Assembly: GCA_964255285.1 (NCBI GenBank)
Contig: CAXUUL010000004.1
Coordinates: 62,001 to 109,295, forward strand
DNA length: 47,295 nt
Source: Ionaspis alba
Lineage: Eukaryota
Direction: 5' to 3'
Position numbers and translations under genes: made by a program
Part shown: positions 42,568-47,295 of the stretch, piece by piece
How positions within the stretch are numbered: position 1 is the first letter of the stretch
How the letters are laid out: the number at the start of each line of letters is the position of its first letter
Notes under the pieces: generated by a model
The model's input: the letters and a program-made list of their open reading frames with translations, nothing else
Database searches by the model: none
What the model was told of the DNA's origin: nothing

Positions 42568-43289
42568 TTGAGTCTTGAAGTGGACAGATCTAATGCATGG
42601 CACCTTGACTGCAGCATGGTGGTCTTTTTGGAGGGAAGGCATTCATATATGACACAGTTGAACTGTGTTTTGAACGGGGAGTATTATAGAGCGCTGGCTC
42701 TAGTGCATAATAGCACAGCCGGACTGCTGGATGGTGAGCATCATAGATGGCAGGCATCGATGCATAACAGCAGAGCTGCACTACAGGATAGAGATCTTTT
42801 TCGGTTTGGGGTTTCGCGTTCTTGGCTACGTTGGCAGTTCTGTTCTCCCTTTCATACTCAACAGAAGAAAAGTTACATTTCATTCGTCTATACAATTTTA
42901 CAATACAATCGAAGTATGGTTCAACATCAATTCGGACTTTGATCCGGCCTGCGGTACTCATCCACTCCCGACTGAGCATGCCGGCCACCGCCAGTGTCTC
43001 CCGCCCTGCATGCATAACACCCCTCTTAACGGCATGTCTTGAAAGGTACGACAACAGTGTCCTAACCCATAATCTTCATTAACTTTGCAGAGTACAGGAC
43101 TAAGTGTAAGTCATCGTGTGGCTGGAGGGCCTGCCCCTAGTCTTATACACAATTCCCAGCCAGCTCTGCCGCTCAATCGCCGACGAAAGAATTAAGGCAC
43201 GGTGAATACTGTCGCACGCTGCACACCGTAGAGACCACAATCACCTGCTAACCATGAAACCTTTAGGGTATCTCAGTCTTTTCCTCACT

Positions 43290-43825
43290 ATGGAAAACAA
43301 TTCATCATTACGAAGCAGCATACCAAACCCGGACAGCCAAGCGCCGTTCGCGGACAGAGATTGCGTTCGGAACATTTACAGCCGCCGAACTAGAGTGATC
43401 AGGGCTATCTCGAATGCAATCCGCACAGAGGTCTCGAGATTCACATGCCGAGGATGAATTCTCTTTTCAGATGCTTGGTTTAGGAGCTCGTTGGTGGAAG
43501 TGTGATGCCTTCTACGAAACGAGATCGAGACAAGTACAAGGCAGCACCCCATGGCCTGAGTACTACCCGCCAGAGCTCCACTTTGGCTACCCTTCTGTTG
43601 GTGGAGCTCAGGTACTGAAAGTGCTGAGCGGCGAGCTTGAACCGGGAGAATTCGCAAAGGTCATTATGGCGTTCACAATGGATGAGTGCTGTACAGCCCT
43701 TGAGGAGGTTTGGGGCCACCTTCTATGTGAATGCAGACGATTATCCAGATACTGCTAATTCCCTAGAAGACGGTATTGCAATAGGGAAGCGGTGGGAGGA
43801 GCGAATGAGAACCATTGACGAATGA
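43290..43825 (+). pseudogene. Disrupted fungal hypothetical gene
   Basis: Protein-like reading LGARWWK...LHFGYPSVGGAQVL...MAFTMDECCTALE continues as FGATFYVNADDYP in another frame (shift near 43703-43710). There is an in-frame TGA just upstream of 43414 and no intron that repairs either break. Confidence 0.55.
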
Positions 43826-44617
43826 GCATATCCAGGGAGCAGCAAGGGAGACCAAGATGGGTTGGACATGGGACGAGCAATATAGGTTGGAGCAACATAC
43901 TTGATGATATACAGAGGCACTCGCACATTGTATCTTGTCACAGGGCTTATATTTGTCCTATCCTGAAAGCCTCATCCTCACGTGTCGATCCTTAAGCACG
44001 ATGTTACCAAACATTACGCCCTAGTACTTATAGAACATGCTGGAAACCTTCCTCCTCCCTGAGCAGCCTGAGCATCTTTCATAGAGATATACGACACCAC
44101 TATCCTTCAGCCGAAGGATGGCAGACGCCCTTTAGAATAGCTTAAGGTCATCGCGAGTTTCCATCTCGTCTGCTGAGTTGAGAACAACGATTCCATACCA
44201 AAAGAGGTTGGGTAGCACGAAAGAGAAAGAACAGCCACCAAAACGAGTCACGAGAGGGGCCACATATTATGTTTCTGTTCCCAGCGAGCATGCGAGAATG
44301 GATATTGGTGATTGAACCCGGCAGTAGAGCGGGAAACAACGAAGGACAGGAGGATAATTGTTCGAACGTGCTAAGAGCCGTGTCAAGGCACGAACAAGTA
44401 CCCTGCATCATCCAGAACACAGGGACAGGGAGCTTGACTCAGGAGGCTGTTGATGCAAAACAATTCATTTTCGATGAATAGACACAACCGCTGGACGCCG
44501 TCAATGCATGCTTGTCCGTCCGTCGCTTATACAATCGCGTCACAATGCAAGTATGTACAACAGAATCATAAACTGTATACCTGACAACCTCCACACTCCC
44601 ATACTCGTTGCTCACAG

Positions 44618-46280
44618 TCACTCCTCCTTAGCCTCCTTCTCCTTCTTCTGCTTCATCATCCTCATGAACAGGCAGCACAAAGGAAAGAGAAGAAGGTTGA
44701 CACCGATCCAACCGAATAGAACACCAAAATTGGTACCGATATGGGAGTAAGTATCGAAGATAATAGTCCGAGATGCTGAGACAATGTTATACAACGGCCA
44801 GCTGTAACCCCATTTGAAGAAACCAGGAGCAAGGTCTATCGAATAGAAGCCTACAAGGATTATATTAATTGCTGTCAGGATATATTGGCTGAAAGACAAC
44901 CCACTAGTCGAAACATTCGAGATGACCCAGAAGATCAACCACATGGCGGTGAATGGTTCACCGATGATCATTGCGACGTTCTCACAGGCAAGACCCAGCG
45001 CTGCCATCCCAGCCCAATTGAGCATCCAATAGACCTAGAGACCAAGATTAGGGTGGATTCTGACCACGCGGAACGTACCACATACCACGAAGCTTCCACG
45101 GCCGTAGCCGTTCGCGTTGTTAGCGACCTCCGTATGCGGTGCAGGACTGGCAGAAAATTCAATCTGGAAGGCCAGAGAGACAAACGAGTATGCAAGAGAC
45201 CTGTTGAGACATCAGTAATGGGACAGGTCCCAATAACGTAGGGGATTGTACATGAACATATAAGCCGTGAGTGTGGCAATAATCCTCCATACAATGAATT
45301 GCCAGAACTTGACCGGTCCATGCGCTTTCGTAGGCGTGATGAGCATCGTGTGTATTGGCATGAAGAATGGAACGCTGAAGAAGGCTAGAATGATCAAATA
45401 GATCAGACCAACGGTGACAGAAGGAGTAGCCACGGCAGGGGTGAAGGGACGTAGATTGAAGACCGAGAATCCAATTGCCGGACTGAGGGCCTGCGGGACT
45501 TTTGCCAGATTTTGTCGACTAATTTGAGGGTTTGCCAAGACTTGTGCGGTGAATTTCTGGCCAACCATGCTCGCAGCCTGTACCTGCAATTGATTTAATT
45601 GCGGTGTGATGTAGTTGGCAAAGGTATCTTGGTCGCGAGCTTGCACATAAATGATTTGCGCAGCTCCCAGTGGGTCGTACTTGGAGTTCCCAGTCTGAAC
45701 AGTTTCGAGAAGTACGGAGGTGGCATTTGCGTTGATGATGATGGCAGCCCAGGCCTCTTGATTGTATATAGATTCGCGGACTTGCATTGGGTCGTTATTA
45801 TAGTAGGAGGGTTGCACCGTCGTGTAGCCGAGATGGGGTCCCTTGTTTAGGAGGACGATCTGCTCCGTCATCTGTACAATCGCAGGTCCGACTATTGCAG
45901 AGGTGCCTGTATCAAAATTCACGATATGAACAATGAGCGAATTTAGGTTTGTTTCGACGCGGTAGAGGACGCCCCAATATAAGGACAGAACCATCAAGAT
46001 GAATGTAGACAGGATCAATGCTATGGACTATTAGCTGTGCGTGTGCCAGAGAACAGATGGAAGTCCACAGCTTACTAGTCCTTGCCCACATCATGAACAC
46101 CTTTGACCTCGTCTTGCTCAAACTCTTATCAAAGAAGCTTACCGATTGAGGTTTGCCTTCCTCTCCTTTCTCGCCACCATCATCGACATCTCGCTTTCCC
46201 TCATTTGCATGATCGTGATGGTAGCCATCGCTCAATGTATGATTTGATCGACCCTCAGAGTTGTCTGCGCTGCTGGCCAT
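44618..46280 (-). CDS. SNG1-family (DUF3533) membrane protein
   Basis: LSLYWGVLY, EAWAAIIINANAT, VGLIYLIILAFF, GFVVYW, WLIFWVISNVS, FFKWGYSWP, GVLFGW. ATG at 46280 and three introns. Confidence 0.88.
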
Positions 46281-46597
46281 ACTGCGTAAAAAGAGAAACT
46301 GAAACGATCGATTAGTCAAGCGCACTCTGACAGGTTCAATGACAATGATTGTGGGAGTAACAGTTTATTAACATTATATTTTGACAAGGCTGGTGGAGGG
46401 CAAAAATAGGCGTAAATGCGATTTCAATAATTTTCGCGCTCATGATGTAATTTGTGCCTGACGATGCCTGTCAAAACGGCTGCGTCGGCAACTTGATCTT
46501 AGCGAAGCGTTTTAGCAAGATCGTGCGGTCGATCTATGCGTGCGCCAAGGCAACGGAGATCTCGGAAGTCCTTCTAAGCCGCAGGTTCTCCGTCTTC

Positions 46598-47295
46598 TTA
46601 CATGCCTCCCCATTCGATGCAGAATGTTCTCACTCGATTATCTTGAGAACCTTTTCTGATGTCGGATGTCTCCCTAGGTTCAGGAACATTGTTGTTCATC
46701 GTATCGTTGGGCGAATCTGATCTGCTATTGGTGTTCACAGCTTCCGTACCACCGATCAACCATCCCTTCTTCACTCCAGTACCTAATCTCCCTCCAGCAA
46801 CAATATCCATCAAATCAATCTCTTCGTCCCAATCTGCACTGACTGCAAGGAAATGACTGTGGAATCGCAGAGGATCGCCAGGATAGACCAGGAATTGACA
46901 GCCAAATCTAAGACCCGGAGACATGAAGTAGTCATGAGAATGAAGATGCCTGAATAGTGCGTATGCAGAAGCCTTGACCGTAGGTGACTGAAGCGCTGGA
47001 TCAATTGGCGGACGAGGGAGAGGTGGGTAGGATGTAGTCGGCGTGATGCTCCATTGCTCTGTAGAGCGTGATGATGGCTGGGAACCTGAAGGAGGTCCTG
47101 GAGTAGCAAAAAACGATTCTGATTCCTTGGCCCCTGCACCCTCACCTCGTACCTCCTTGGATTCTGATAGACCACGAGGGCTGCTTATGTTCCCTCTATC
47201 AGGAGTACTTGATAGGCGCAGCTTCCTCATCGCCTTTTCCGTACTTTCCAACTTCTTTTTCTCCGCAGCTTTGGCAGCTTCCTGCCCTTGGCTTG
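46598..47295 (-). CDS. SEN34: tRNA-splicing endonuclease subunit Sen34 (3' part)
   Basis: YFMSPGLRFGCQFLVYPGDPLRFHSHFLA, GGRLGTGVKK and RTFCIEWGGM*. Runs off the window end. Confidence 0.92.
   Translation of the reverse strand, partial: SQGQEAAKAAEKKKLESTEKAMRKLRLSSTPDRGNISSPRGLSESKEVRGEGAGAKESESFFATPGPPSGSQPSSRSTEQWSITPTTSYPPLPRPPIDPALQSPTVKASAYALFRHLHSHDYFMSPGLRFGCQFLVYPGDPLRFHSHFLAVSADWDEEIDLMDIVAGGRLGTGVKKGWLIGGTEAVNTNSRSDSPNDTMNNNVPEPRETSDIRKGSQDNRVRTFCIEWGGM

Noticed and set aside
43055..43075. CCTAACCCATAA as a telomerase RNA template
   Set aside because: It does not match a 1.5x TTAGGG template, and no supporting structure was recognised.

Overview
Gene-dense, intron-containing nuclear DNA from a filamentous ascomycete (Pezizomycotina; inferred from gene content and short GT-AG introns with CTRAY branch points). 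It holds about 18 protein-coding genes, mostly housekeeping: ESF1 (5' part), a secreted/GPI-type protein, GID8, uridine kinase, complex I NDUFS4, ATP17, a large low-complexity conserved protein, YPT6, NOP53, REX4, a CFA-synthase-family methyltransferase, a GH35 beta-galactosidase, a hemerythrin-domain protein, PKC1, TCP1, prolyl-tRNA synthetase, a DHA1 MFS transporter, an SNG1-family protein and SEN34 (3' part). There are also two disrupted pseudogenes and one scaffold gap. The main non-obvious signal is two box C/D snoRNAs in the two unusually long introns of GID8, each with a guide complementary to large-subunit rRNA. The same gene has an ATG-only first exon followed by an in-frame, stop-free intron with a rare GAG acceptor. 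I found no CRISPR array, tRNA, rRNA or intact mobile element, and no clearly new multi-gene system. Family assignments and rRNA matches come from recalled motifs, not database searches.
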